NCBI RefSeq assembly: GCF_009914755.1
Contig: NC_060948.1
DNA length: 64,000 nt
Origin: the human T2T-CHM13v2.0 reference genome, Homo sapiens
Direction: 5' to 3' (one strand)
Shown: positions 37,181 through 56,530 of the stretch, one piece after another
How the letters are laid out: every line of letters begins with the position of its first letter
Numbering within the stretch: position 1 is the stretch's first letter
Translations under genes and position numbers: made by a program
The notes under the pieces: model-generated
The model's input: only the letters and a program-made list of their open reading frames with translations
Database searches by the model: none
Told to the model about the DNA's origin: nothing

Positions 37181-39282
37181 AGATCCATATATTTTAAATG
37201 AAAAAAAATTTCAAAGGTACTCTGCTTGGTACAATAATCAAATGTATAAACTGAGGAATAAAACATAACCATGAAACCTACTTATAACTGCATATGGAAA
37301 ATACAGAGGATAATTTTTTAAATAACATATTTTGAAAGCCTTAACTAGTAATTTGAAGAGTTGGCATTTGAAAGGCCAGTATGAATATACCTTCAAAGCA
37401 GCAACACAGGTTCCCCATGAGAAAAAGCAAACACAGGGAAAATAAAAACACAAAGGTTCAATCTCTTCTGACCTTTGAAAGACACAGCACAGACAGTGGT
37501 CCTTAGGACGAAGAGCAGGAGACCCCTAATTCCGTCACCATGGCGATAGGGCATAAACATTGCTGGGTGAGGGCACAATCCACCTTGTGAGGTCCAACTG
37601 CTGCCAGGAAGACAGGAGTGCTTTTACATAGACCGAAAAGTCATTGAAGGCTCAGAGTTTTGTTTCAAGAACTGAATCCCAAGCCCACACGTTATTAGGC
37701 TGCGCTTCTTAAAACAAGTTATGAGATGGGAAAAAGGGCACCCACAAACATACGTATACATTATGTATATAATAATATACAGTATCATATATATAATATA
37801 TATAACCTATGTATAATATTGTTTTACATCCTGCATCTTATGTTATATATATTGTATAAAATATAATAATTGATAATATATAAGTTTTATAATTATACAA
37901 TATGACATATAGTATATATTATAATTTATGACATATATAATATATGTTATATGTCATATATAGAATATATTATACGGTTAATATACGTATTAAATATAAA
38001 TTATACATTATATATATTATATATAATATATCTGTTATATATAATACCCATTATGCATAATATATATATTATGTCTATGTTATATATAGTATAAAACAAC
38101 ATATAATAATATATAATTGTATATATAAAATGCGACATATAATATATATTATATTTTATAACATATGTAATATATATTATATATTATATATAATACGTTG
38201 TATGTATAATACCTATATTAAATATATATTATATGACTATGTTATTAATTACATGTCACATGTGTTATATATTATATATTTTACATAGAATATACCGGTT
38301 ACATACAATATATACTATGTTACCTATAATGTATAATTTATTACATGTAAAATAAAGAATGCAATATATTATGTATAATTTATAATATACCATATGTGGA
38401 ATGTGATATATATAACATATAATATATGATATATGATATACAGTATATGATATATAACATACAATATATGATTCCTAATATATATGGTATACAATATATA
38501 TTTTATGATATGTATTCTATATGTTTTATATTCTGTTATATATAACTATTTGAAATTATATATAACTGTATAATATTTTATGTAAATATGTAATATAATA
38601 TATATAACTATATAATATATTATAGATAACTTTATATTATGTTATATATACTTTTATAACATAATTTACATAAAATATCATAATATAATATATATTATAT
38701 TATTTCATATTACATAATATATATTACATATCACCCAATATAACTAACATACATAATATTATAATATAGATTATATTGTGTTATATTAAATATCATATAT
38801 ATCATGTATCATATATTCTATAATATATATTACACATTATATAATATGTATGTTGTCTATTATGTGATATATATAACTATATATATAATTATATTTTTAT
38901 ACATATAACTAGATAAACATGTAATTCTACATATTTTCATTTAAAATATGTAGAATTATATAATCATATATAATTATTTATATTCTATAAAAAATTTTAT
39001 CATTATATAAATTATAATATATAAAAATTATATATACTACAAATATATATATTATATATCATATATGATATAGTACCTTTGTTATATATCATAATACATA
39101 TAAATGTGTATTATGTTATCTATAATTATATAATTTCATATATAAGATGTATAATATGTATCATATATTATATATGTTATGTAATATATATAGTATATAT
39201 AAGATGACACAGGATAAATATTATATACTATGACATATAAAATATATGAGGTTATATGTTACATATAAGGCATAGCACATAA

Positions 39283-39597
<315 letters not shown>

Positions 39598-41700
39598 AGA
39601 TCCATATTTTTTAAATGAAAAAAAATTTCAAAGGTACTCTGCTTGGTACAATAATCAAATGTATAAACTGAGGAATAAAACATAACCATGAAACCTACTT
39701 ATAACTGCATATGGAAAATACAGAGGATAATTTTTTAAATAACATATTTTGAAAGCCTTAACTAGTAATTTGAAGAGTTGGCATTTGAAAGGCCAGTATG
39801 AATATACCTTCAAAGCAGCAACACAGGTTCCCCATGAGAAAAAGCAAACACAGGGAAAATAAAAACACAAAGGTTCAATCTCTTCTGACCTTTCAAAGAC
39901 ACAGCACAGACAGTGGTCCTTAGGAAGAAGAGCAGGAGACCCCTAATTCCGTCACCATGGCGATAGGGCATAAACATTGCTGGGTGAGGGCACAATCCAC
40001 ATTGTGAGGTCCAACTGCTGCCAGGAAGACAGGAGTGCTTTTACATAGACCGAAAGGTCATTGAAGGCTCAGAGTTTTGTTTCAAGAACTGAATCCCAAG
40101 CCCACACGTTATTAGGCTGCGCTTCTTAAAACAAGTTATGAGATGGGAAAAAGGGCACCCACAAACATACGTATACATTATGTATATAATAATATACAGT
40201 ATCATATATATACTATATATAACCTATGTATAATATTGTTTTACATCCTGCATCTTGTTATATATATTGTATAAAATATAATAATTGATAATATATAAGT
40301 TTTATAATTATACAATATGACATATAGTATATATTATAATTTATGACATATATAATATATGTTATATGTCATATATAGAATATATTATACGGTTAATATA
40401 CGTATTAAATATAAATTATACATTATATATATTATATATAATATATCTGTTATATATAATACCCATTATGCATAATATATATATTATGCCTATGTTATAT
40501 ATAGTATAAAACAACATATAATAATATATAATTGTATATATAAAATGCGACATATAATATATATTATATTTTATATCATATGTAATATATATTATATATT
40601 ATATATAATACGTTGTATGTATAATACCTATATTAAATATATATTATATGACCATGTTATTAATTACATGTCACATGTGTTATATATTATATATTTTACA
40701 TAGAATATACCGGTTACATACAATAAATACTATGTTACCTATAATGTATAATTTATTACATGTAAAATAAAGAATGCAATATATTATGTATATTTTATAA
40801 TATACCATATGTGGAATGTGATATATATAACATATAATATATGATATATGATATACAGTATATGATATATAACATACAATAGATGATTCCTAATATATAT
40901 GGTATACAATATATATTTTATGATATGAATTCTATATGTTTTATATTCTGTTATATATAACTATTTGAAATTATATATAACTGTATAATATTTTATGTAA
41001 ATATGTAATATAATATATATAACTATATAATATATTATATATAACTATATATTATGTTATATATACTTTTATAACATAATTTACATAAAATATCATAATA
41101 TAATATATATTATATTATTTCATATTACATAATATATATTAGATATCACCCAATATAACTAACAAACATAATATTATAATATAGATTATATTGTGTTATA
41201 TTAAATATCATATATATCATGTATCATATATTCTATAATATATATTACACATTATATAATATGTATGTTGTCTATTATGTGATATATATAACTATATATA
41301 TAATTATATTTTTATACATATAACTAGATAAACATGTAATTCTACATATTTTCATTTATAATATGTAGAATTATATAATCATATATAATTATTTATATTC
41401 TATAAAAAATTTTATCATTATATAAATTATAATATATAAAAATTATAATATGTACTACAAATATATATATTATATATCATATATGATATAGTACCTTTGT
41501 TATATTTCATAATACATATAAATGTGTATTATGTTATCTATAATTATATAATTTCATATATAAGATGTATAATATGTATCATATATTATATATGTTATGT
41601 AATATATATAGTATATATAAGATGACACAGGATAAATATTATATACTATGACATATAAAATATATCAGGTTATATGTTACATATAAGGCATAGCACATAA

Positions 41701-42015
<315 letters not shown>

Positions 42016-44120
42016 AGATCCATATTTTTTAAATGAAAAAAAATTTCAAAGGTACTCTGCTTGGTACAATAATCAAATGTATAAACTGAGGAATAAAACA
42101 TAACCATGAAACCTACTTATAACTGCATATGGAAAATACAGAGGATAATTTTTTAAATAACATATTTTGAAAGCCTTAACTAGTAATTTGAAGAGTTGGC
42201 ATTTGAAAGGCCAGTATGAATATACCTTCAAAGCAGCAACACAGGTTCCCCATGAGAAAAAGCAAACACAGGGAAAATAAAAACACAAAGGTTCAATCTC
42301 TTCTGACCTTTGAAAGACACAGCACAGACAGTGGTCCTTAGGACGAAGAGCAGGAGACCCCTAATTCCGTCACCATGGCGATAGGGCATAAACATTGCTG
42401 GGTGAGGGCACAATCCACATTGTGAGGTCCAACTGCTGCCAGGAAGACAGGAGTGCTTTTACATACACCGAAAGGTCATTGAAGGCTCAGAGTTTTGTTT
42501 CAAGAACTGAATCCCAAGCCCACACGTTATTAGGCTGCGCTTCTTAAAACAAGTTATGAGATGGGAAAAAGGGCACCCACAAACATACGTATACATTATG
42601 TATATAATAATATACAGTATCATATATATAATATATATAACCTATGTATAATATTGTTTTACATCCTGCATCTTATGTTATATATATTGTATAAAATATA
42701 ATAATTGATAATATATAAGTTTTATAATTATACAATATGACATATAGTATATATTATAATTTATGACATATATAATATATGTTATATGTCATATATAGAA
42801 TATATTATACGGTTAATATACGTATTAAATATAAATTATACATTATATATATTATATATAATATATCTGTTATATATAATACCCATTATGCATAATATAT
42901 ATATTATGCCTATGTTATATATAGTATAAAACAACATATAATAATATATAATTGTATATATAAAATGCGACATATAATATATATTATATTTTATATCATA
43001 TGTAATATATATTATATATTATATATAATACGTTGTATGTATAATACCTATATTAAATATATATTATATGACCATGTTATTAATTACATGTCACATGTGT
43101 TATATATTATATATTTTACATAGAATATACCGGTTACATACAATAAATACTATGTTACCTATAATGTATAATTTATTACATGTAAAATAAAGAATGCAAT
43201 ATATTATGTATATTTTATAATATACCATATGTGGAATGTGATATATATAACATATAATATATGATATATGATATACAGTATATGATATATAACATACAAT
43301 AGATGATTCCTAATATATATGGTATACAATATATATTTTATGATATGAATTCTATATGTTTTATATTCTGTTATATATAACTATTTGAAATTATATATAA
43401 CTGTATAATATTTTATGTAAATATGTAATATAATATATATAACTATATAATATATTATATATAACTATATATTATGTTATATATACTTTTATAACATAAT
43501 TTACATAAAATATCATAATATAATATATATTATATTATTTCATATTACATAATATATATTACATATCACCCAATATAACTAACAAACATAATATTATAAT
43601 ATAGATTATATTGTGTTATATTAAATATCATATATATCATGTATCATATATTCTATAATATATATTACACATTATATAATATGTATGTTGTCTATTATGT
43701 GATATATATAACTATATATATAATTATATTTTTATACATATAACTAGATAAACATGTAATTCTACATATTTTCATTTATAATATGTAGAATTATATAATC
43801 ATATATAATTATTTATATTCTATAAAAAATTTTATCATTATATAAATTATAATATATAAAAATTATAATATGTACTACAAATATATATATTATATATCAT
43901 ATATGATATAGTACCTTTGTTATATTTCATAATACATATAAATGTGTATTATGTTATCTATAATTATATAATTTCATATATAAGATGTATAATATGTATC
44001 ATATATTATATATGTTATGTAATATATATAGTATATATAAGATGACACAGGATAAATATTATATACTATGACATATAAAATATATCAGGTTATATGTTAC
44101 ATATAAGGCATAGCGCATAA

Positions 44121-44435
<315 letters not shown>

Positions 44436-46540
44436 AGATCCATATTTTTTAAATGAAAAAAAATTTCAAAGGTACTCTGCTTGGTACAATAATCAAATGT
44501 ATAAACTGAGGAATAAAACATAACCATGAAACCTACTTATAACTGCATATGGAAAATACAGAGGATAATTTTTTAAATAACATATTTTGAAAGCCTTAAC
44601 TAGTAATTTGAAGAGTTGGCATTTGAAAGGCCAGTATGAATATACCTTCAAAGCAGCAACACAGGTTCCCCATGAGAAAAAGCAAACACAGGGAAAATAA
44701 AAACACAAAGGTTCAATCTCTTCTGACCTTTGAAAGACACAGCACAGACAGTGGTCCTTAGGACGAAGAGCAGGAGACCCCTAATTCCGTCACCATGGCG
44801 ATAGGGCATAAACATTGCTGGGTGAGGGCACAATCCACATTGTGAGGTCCAACTGCTGCCAGGAAGACAGGAGTGCTTTTACATAGACCGAAAGGTCATT
44901 GAAGGCTCAGAGTTTTGTTTCAAGAACTGAATCCCAAGCCCACACGTTATTAGGCTGCGCTTCTTAAAACAAGTTATGAGATGGGAAAAAGGGCACCCAC
45001 AAACATACGTATACATTATGTATATAATAATATACAGTATCATATATATAATATATATAACCTATGTATAATATTGTTTTACATCCTGCATCTTATGTTA
45101 TATATATTGTATAAAATATAATAATTGATAATATATAAGTTTTATAATTATACAATATGACATATAGTATATATTATAATTTATGACATATATAATATAT
45201 GTTATATGTCATATATAGAATATATTATACGGTTAATATACGTATTAAATATAAATTATACATTATATATATTATATATAATATATCTGTTATATATAAT
45301 ACCCATTATGCATAATATATATATTATGCCTATGTTATATATAGTATAAAACAACATATAATAATATATAATTGTATATATAAAATGCGACATATAATAT
45401 ATATTATATTTTATATCATATGTAATATATATTATATATTATATATAATACGTTGTATGTATAATACCTATATTAAATATATATTATATGACCATGTTAT
45501 TAATTACATGTCACATGTGTTATATATTATATATTTTACATAGAATATACCGGTTACATACAATAAATACTATGTTACCTATAATGTATAATTTATTACA
45601 TGTAAAATAAAGAATGCAATATATTATGTATATTTTATAATATACCATATGTGGAATGTGATATATATAACATATAATATATGATATATGATATACAGTA
45701 TATGATATATAACATACAATAGATGATTCCTAATATATATGGTATACAATATATATTTTATGATATGAATTCTATATGTTTTATATTCTGTTATATATAA
45801 CTATTTGAAATTATATATAACTGTATAATATTTTATGTAAATATGTAATATAATATATATAACTATATAATATATTATATATAACTATATATTATGTTAT
45901 ATATACTTTTATAACATAATTTACATAAAATATCATAATATAATATATATTATATTATTTCATATTACATAATATATATTACATATCACCCAATATAACT
46001 AACAAACATAATATTATAATATAGATTATATTGTGTTATATTAAATATCATATATATCATGTATCATATATTCTATAATATATATTACACATTATATAAT
46101 ATGTATGTTGTCTATTATGTGATATATATAACTATATATATAATTATATTTTTATACATATAACTAGATAAACATGTAATTCTACATATTTTCATTTATA
46201 ATATGTAGAATTATATAATCATATATAATTATTTATATTCTATAAAAAATTTTATCATTATATAAATTATAATATATAAAAATTATAATATGTACTACAA
46301 ATATATATATTATATATCATATATGATATAGTACCTTTGTTATATTTCATAATACATATAAATGTGTATTATGTTATCTATAATTATATAATTTCATATA
46401 TAAGATGTATAATATGTATCATATATTATATATGTTATGTAATATATATAGTATATATAAGATGACACAGGATAAATATTATATACTATGACATATAAAA
46501 TATATCAGGTTATATGTTACATATAAGGCATAGCACATAA

Positions 46541-46855
<315 letters not shown>

Positions 46856-48960
46856 AGATCCATATTTTTTAAATGAAAAAAAATTTCAAAGGTACTCTGC
46901 TTGGTACAATAATCAAATGTATAAACTGAGGAATAAAACATAACCATGAAACCTACTTATAACTGCATATGGAAAATACAGAGGATAATTTTTTAAATAA
47001 CATATTTTGAAAGCCTTAACTAGTAATTTGAAGAGTTGGCATTTGAAAGGCCAGTATGAATATACCTTCAAAGCAGCAACACAGGTTCCCCATGAGAAAA
47101 AGCAAACACAGGGAAAATAAAAACACAAAGGTTCAATCTCTTCTGACCTTTGAAAGACACAGCACAGACAGTGGTCCTTAGGACGAAGAGCAGGAGACCC
47201 CTAATTCCGTCACCATGGCGATAGGGCATAAACATTGCTGGGTGAGGGCACAATCCACATTGTGAGGTCCAACTGCTGCCAGGAAGACAGGAGTGCTTTT
47301 ACATAGACCGAAAGGTCATTGAAGGCTCAGAGTTTTGTTTCAAGAACTGAATCCCAAGCCCACACGTTATTAGGCTGCGCTTCTTAAAACAAGTTATGAG
47401 ATGGGAAAAAGGGCACCCACAAACATACGTATACATTATGTATATAATAATATACAGTATCATATATATAATATATATAACCTATGTATAATATTGTTTT
47501 ACATCCTGCATCTTATGTTATATATATTGTATAAAATATAATAATTGATAATATATAAGTTTTATAATTATACAATATGACATATAGTATATATTATAAT
47601 TTATGACATATATAATATATGTTATATGTCATATATAGAATATATTATACGGTTAATATACGTATTAAATATAAATTATACATTATATATATTATATATA
47701 ATATATCTGTTATATATAATACCCATTATGCATAATATATATATTATGCCTATGTTATATATAGTATAAAACAACATATAATAATATATAATTGTATATA
47801 TAAAATGCGACATATAATATATATTATATTTTATATCATATGTAATATATATTATATATTATATATAATACGTTGTATGTATAATACCTATATTAAATAT
47901 ATATTATGTGACTATGTTATTAATTACATGTCACATGTGTTATATATTATATATTTTACATAGAATATACCGGTTACATACAATATATACTATGTTACCT
48001 ATAATGTATAATTTATTACATGTAAAATAAAGAATGCAATATATTATGTATATTTTATAATATACCATATGTGGAATGTGATATATATAACATATAATAT
48101 ATGATATATGATATACAGTATATGATATATAACATACAATAGATGATTCCTAATATATATGGTATACAATATATATTTTATGATATGAATTCTATATGTT
48201 TTATATTCTGTTATATATAACTATTTGAAATTATATATAACTGTATAATATTTTATGTAAATATGTAATATAATATATATAACTATATAATATATTATAT
48301 ATAACTATATATTATGTTATATATACTTTTATAACATAATTTACATAAAATATCATAATATAATATATATTATATTATTTCATATTACATAATATATATT
48401 ACATATCACCCAATATAACTAACAAACATAATATTATAATATAGATTATATTGTGTTATATTAAATATCATATATATCATGTATCATATATTCTATAATA
48501 TATATTACACATTATATAATATGTATGTTGTCTATTATGTGATATATATAACTATATATATAATTATATTTTTATACATATAACTAGATAAACATGTAAT
48601 TCTACATATTATCATTTATAATATGTAGAATTATATAATCATATATAATTATTTATATTCTATAAAAAATTTTATCATTATATAAATTATAATATATAAA
48701 AATTATAATATGTACTACAAATATATATATTATATATGATATATGATATAGTACCTTTGTTATATATCATAATACATATAAATGTGTATTATGTTATCTA
48801 TAATTATATAATTTCATATATAAGATGTATAATATGTATCATATATTATATATGTTATGTAATATATATAGTATATATAAGATGACACAGGATAAATATT
48901 ATATACTATGACATATAAAATATATGAGGTTATATGTTACATATAAGGCATAGCACATAA

Positions 48961-49275
<315 letters not shown>

Positions 49276-51401
49276 AGATCCATATTTTTTAAATGAAAAA
49301 AAATTTCGAAGGTACTCTGCTTGGTACAATAATCAAATGTATAAACTGAGGAATAAAACATAACCATGAAACCTACTTATAACTGCATATGGAAAATACA
49401 GAGGATAATTTTTTAAATAACATATTTTGAAAGCCTTAACTAGTAATTTGAAGAGTTGGCATTTGAAAGGCCAGTATGAATATACCTTCAAAGCAGCAAC
49501 ACAGGTTCCCCATGAGAAAAAGCAAACACAGGGAAAATAAAAACACAAAGGTTCAATCTCTTCTGACCTTTGAAAGACACAGCACAGACAGTGGTCCTTA
49601 GGACGAAGAGCAGGAGACCCCTAATTCCGTCACCATGGCGATAGGGCATAAACATTGCTGGGTGAGGGCACAATCCACATTGTGAGGTCCAACTGCTGCC
49701 AGGAAGACAGGAGTGCTTTTACATAGACCGAAAGGTCATTGAAGGCTCAGAGTTTTGTTTCAAGAACTGAATCCCAAGCCCACACGTTATTAGGCTGCGC
49801 TTCTTAAAACAAGTTATGAGATGGGAAAAAGGGCACCCACAAACATACGTATACATTATGTATATAATAATATACAGTATCATATATAATATATATAACC
49901 TATGTATAATATTGTTTTACATCCTGCATCTTATGTTATATATATTGTATAAAATATAATAATTGATAATATATAAGTTTTATAATTATACAATATGACA
50001 TATAGTATATATTATAATTTATGACATATATAATATATGTTATATGTCATATATAGAATATATTATACGGTTAATATACGTATTAAATATAAATTATACT
50101 TTATATATATTATATATAATATATCTGTTATATATAATGCCCATTATGCATAATATATATATTATGCCTATGTTATATATTGTATAAAACAACATATAAT
50201 AATATATAATTGTATATATAAAATGCGACATATAATATATATTATATTTTATATCATATGTAATATATATTATATATTATATATAATACGTTGTATGTAT
50301 AATACCTATATTAAATATATATTATATGACTATGTTATTAATTACATGTCACATGTGTTATATATTATATATTTTACATAGAATATACCGGTTACATACA
50401 ATATATACTATGTTACCTATAATGTATAATTTATTACATGTAAAATAAAGAATGCAATATATTATGTATAATTTATAATATACCATATGTGGAATGTGAT
50501 ATATATAACATATAATATATGATATATGATATACAGTATATGATATATAACATACAATATATGATTCCTAATATATATGGTATACAATATATATTTTATG
50601 ATATGTATTCTATATGTTTTATATTCTGTTATATATAACTATTTGAAATTATATATAACTGTATAATATTTTATGTAAATATGTAATATAATATATATAA
50701 CTATATAATATATTATATATAACTATATATTATGTTATATATACTTTTATAACATAATTTACATAAAATATCATAATATAATATATATTATATTATTTCA
50801 TATTACATAATATATATTACATATCACCCAATATAACTAACATACATAATATTATAATATAGATTATATTGTGTTATATTAAATATCATATATATCATGT
50901 ATCATATATTCTATAATATATATTACACATTATATAATATGTATGTTGTCTATTATGTGATATATATAACTCTATATATAATTATATTTTTATACATATA
51001 ACTAGATAAACATGTAATTCTACATATTTTCATTTATAATATGTAGAATTATATAATCATATATAATTATTTATATTCTATAAAAAATTTTATCATTATA
51101 TAAATTATAATATATAAAAATTATAATATGTACTACAAATATATATATTATATATCATATATGATATAGTACCTTTGTTATATATCATAATACATATAAA
51201 TGTGTATTATGTTAACTATAATTATATAATTTCATATATAAGATGTATAATATGTATCATATATTATATATGTTATGTAATATATACAGTATATATAAGA
51301 TGACACAGGATAAATATTATATACTATGACATATAAAATATATGAGGTTATATGTTACATATAAGGCATAGCACATAACATGTAATATATATCATATATA
51401 A

Positions 51402-51693
51402 TTTTTTTTTAGACAGAATCTTGTCCTGTTGCACAGGGTGGGGTACAATGATGCCATCTTTGCTCACTGCAACTTCTGCCTCACGGGTCCAAGCGATTGT
51501 CCTCCCTCAGCCTCCCAAGTAGCTGGGACTACACCACACTGGGACTACACCAGCTGCCACCATGCCTAGCTAATTTTTTGGATTTTTAGTAGTGACAGCC
51601 TTTCACTGTATTGGCCAGGATGGTCTTGATCTCTTCACCTTGTGATCCCCTTGCCTTGGCCTCCAAATTTGCTGGGATTACAGGCCTGAGCCA
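51402..51693 (-). mobile_element. Alu of unit 22 (Q variant)
   Basis: Same variants as unit 9. Confidence 0.93.
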
Positions 51694-53798
51694 AGATCCA
51701 TATTTTGTAAATGAAAAAAAATTTCAAAGGTTCTCTGCTTGGTACAATAACCAAATGTATAAACTGAGGAATAAAACATAACCATGAAACCTACTTATAA
51801 CTGCATATTGAAAATACAGAGGATAATTTTTTAAATAACATATTTTGAAAGCCTTAACTAGTAATTTGAAGAGTTGGCATTTGAAAGGCCAGTATGAATA
51901 TACCTTCAAAGCAGCAACACAGGTTCCCCATGAGAAAAAGCAAACACAGGGGAAATAAAAACACAAAGGTTCAATCTCTTCTGACCTTTGAAAGACACGG
52001 CACAGACAGTGGTCCTTAGGACGAAGAGCAGGAGACCCCTAATTCCGTCACCATGGCGATAGGGCATAAACATTGCTGGGTGAGGGCACAATCCACATTG
52101 TGAGGTCCAACTGCTGCCAGGAAGACAGGAGTGCTTTTACATAGACCGAAAGGTCATTGAAGGCTCAGAGTTTTGTTTCAAGAACTGAATCCCAAGCCCA
52201 CACTTTATTAGGCTGCGCTTCTTAAAACAAGTTATGAGATGGGAAAAAGGGCACCCACAAACATACGTATACATTATGTATATAATAATATACAGTATCA
52301 CATATATAATATATATAACCTATGTATAATATTGTTTTACATCCTGCATCTTATGTTATATATATTGTATAAAATATAATAATTGATAATATATAAGTTT
52401 TATAATTATACAATATGACATATAGTATATATTATAATTTATGACATATATAATATATGTTATATGTCATATATAGAATATATTATACGGTTAATATACG
52501 TATTAAATATAAATTATACATTATATATATTATATATAATATATCTGTTATATATAATACCCATTATGCATAATGTATATATTATGTCTATGTTATATAT
52601 AGTATAAAACAACATATAATAATATATAATTGTATATATAAAATGCGACATATAATATATATTATATTTTATAACATATGTAATATATATTATATATTAT
52701 ATATAATACGTTGTATGTATAATACCTATATTAAATATATATTATATGACTATGTTATTAATTACGTGTCACATGTGTTATATATTATATATTTTACATA
52801 GAATATACCGGTTACATACAATATATACTATGTTACCTGTAATGTATAATTTATTACATGTAAAATAAACAATGCAATATATTATGTATAATTTATAATA
52901 TACCATATGTGGAATGTGATATATATAACATATAATATATGATATATGATATACAGTATATGATATATAACATACAATATATGATTCCTAATATATATGG
53001 TATACAATATATATTTTATGATATGTATTCTATATGTTTTATATTCTGTTATATATAACTATTTGAAATTATATATAACTGTATAATATTTTATGTAAAT
53101 ATGTAATATAATATATATAACTATATAATATATTATATATAACTATATATTATGTTATATATACTTTTATAACATAATTTACATAAAATATCATAATATA
53201 ATATATATTATATTATTTCATATTACATAATATATATTACATATCACCCAATATAACTAACATACATAATATTATAATATAGATTATATTATGTTATATT
53301 AAATATCATATATATCATGTATCATATATTCTATAATATATATTACACATTATATAATATGTATGTTGTCTATTATGTGATATATATAACTATATATATA
53401 ATTATATTTTTATACATATAACTAGATAAACATGTAATTCTACATATTTTCATTTATAATATGTAGAATTATAAAATCATATATAATTATTTATATTCTA
53501 TAAAAAATTTTATCACTATATAAATTATAATATATAAAAATTATAATAGGTACTACAAATATATATATTATATATCATATATGATATAGTACCTTTGTTA
53601 TATTTCATAATACATATAAATGTGTATTATGTTATCTATAATTATATAATTTCATATATAAGATGTATAATGTGTATCATATATTATATATGTTATGTAA
53701 TATATATAGTATATATAAGATGACACAGGATAAATATTATATACTATGACATATAAAATATATGAGGTTATATGTTACATATAAGGCATAGCACATAA

Positions 53799-54113
<315 letters not shown>

Positions 54114-56215
54114 AGATCCATATTTTTTAAATGAAAAAAAATTTCAAAGGTACTCTGCTTGGTACAATAATCAAATGTATAAACTGAGGAATAAAACATA
54201 ACCATGAAACCTACTTATAACTGCATATGGAAAATACAGAGGATAATTTTTTAAATAACATATTTTGAAAGCCTTAACTAGTAATTTGAAGAGTTGGCAT
54301 TTGAAAGGCCAGTATGAATATACCTTCAAAGCAGCAACACAGGTTCCCCATGAGAAAAAGCAAACACAGGGAAAATAAAAACACAAAGGTTCAATCTCTT
54401 CTGACCTTTGAAAGACACAGCACAGACAGTGGTCCTTAGGACGAAGAGCAGGAGACCCCTAATTCCGTCACCATGGCGATAGGGCATAAACATTGCTGGG
54501 TGAGGGCACAATCCACCTTGTGAGGTCCAACTGCTGCCAGGAAGACAGGAGTGCTTTTACATAGACCGAAAAGTCATTGAAGGCTCAGAGTTTTGTTTCA
54601 AGAACTGAATCCCAAGCCCACACGTTATTAGGCTGCGCTTCTTAAAACAAGTTATGAGATGGGAAAAAGGGCACCCACAAACATACGTATACATTATGTA
54701 TATAATAATATACAGTATCATATATATAATATATATAACCTATGTATAATATTGTTTTACATCCTGCATCTTATGTTATATATATTGTATAAAATATAAT
54801 AATTGATAATATATAAGTTTTATAATTATACAATATGACATATAGTATATATTATAATTTATGACATATATAATATATGTTATATGTCATATATAGAATA
54901 TATTATACGGTTAATATACGTATTAAATATAAATTATACATTATATATATTATATATAATATATCTGTTATATATAATACCCATTATGCATAATATATAT
55001 ATTATGTCTATGTTATATATAGTATAAAACAACATATAATAATATATAATTGTATATATAAAATGCGACATATAATATATATTATATTTTATAACATATG
55101 TAATATATATTATATATTATATATAATACGTTGTATGTATAATACCTATATTAAATATATATTATATGACTATGTTATTAATTACATGTCACATGTGTTA
55201 TATATTATATATTTTACATAGAATATACCGGTTACATACAATATATACTATGTTACCTATAATGTATAATTTATTACATGTAAAATAAAGAATGCAATAT
55301 ATTATGTATAATTTATAATATACCATATGTGGAATGTGATATATATAACATATAATATATGATATATGATATACAGTATATGATATATAACATACAATAT
55401 ATGATTCCTAATATATATGGTATACAATATATATTTTATGATATGTATTCTATATGTTTTATATTCTGTTATATATAACTATTTGAAATTATATATAACT
55501 GTATAATATTTTATGTAAATATGTAATATAATATATATAACTATATAATATATTATAGATAACTTTATATTATGTTATATATACTTTTATAACATAATTT
55601 ACATAAAATATCATAATATAATATATATTATATTATTTCATATTACATAATATATATTACATATCACCCAATATAACTAACATACATAATATTATAATAT
55701 AGATTATATTGTGTTATATTAAATATCATATATATCATGTATCATATATTCTATAATATATATTACACATTATATAATATGTATGTTGTCTATTATGTGA
55801 TATATATAACTATATATATAATTATATTTTTATACATATAACTAGATAAACATGTAATTCTACATATTTTCATTTAAAATATGTAGAATTATATAATCAT
55901 ATATAATTATTTATATTCTATAAAAAATTTTATCATTATATAAATTATAATATATAAAAATTATATATACTACAAATATATATATTATATATCATATATG
56001 ATATAGTACCTTTGTTATATATCATAATACATATAAATGTGTATTATGTTATCTATAATTATATAATTTCATATATAAGATGTATAATATGTATCATATA
56101 TTATATATGTTATGTAATATATATAGTATATATAAGATGACACAGGATAAATATTATATACTATGACATATAAAATATATGAGGTTATATGTTACATATA
56201 AGGCATAGCACATAA

Positions 56216-56530
<315 letters not shown>
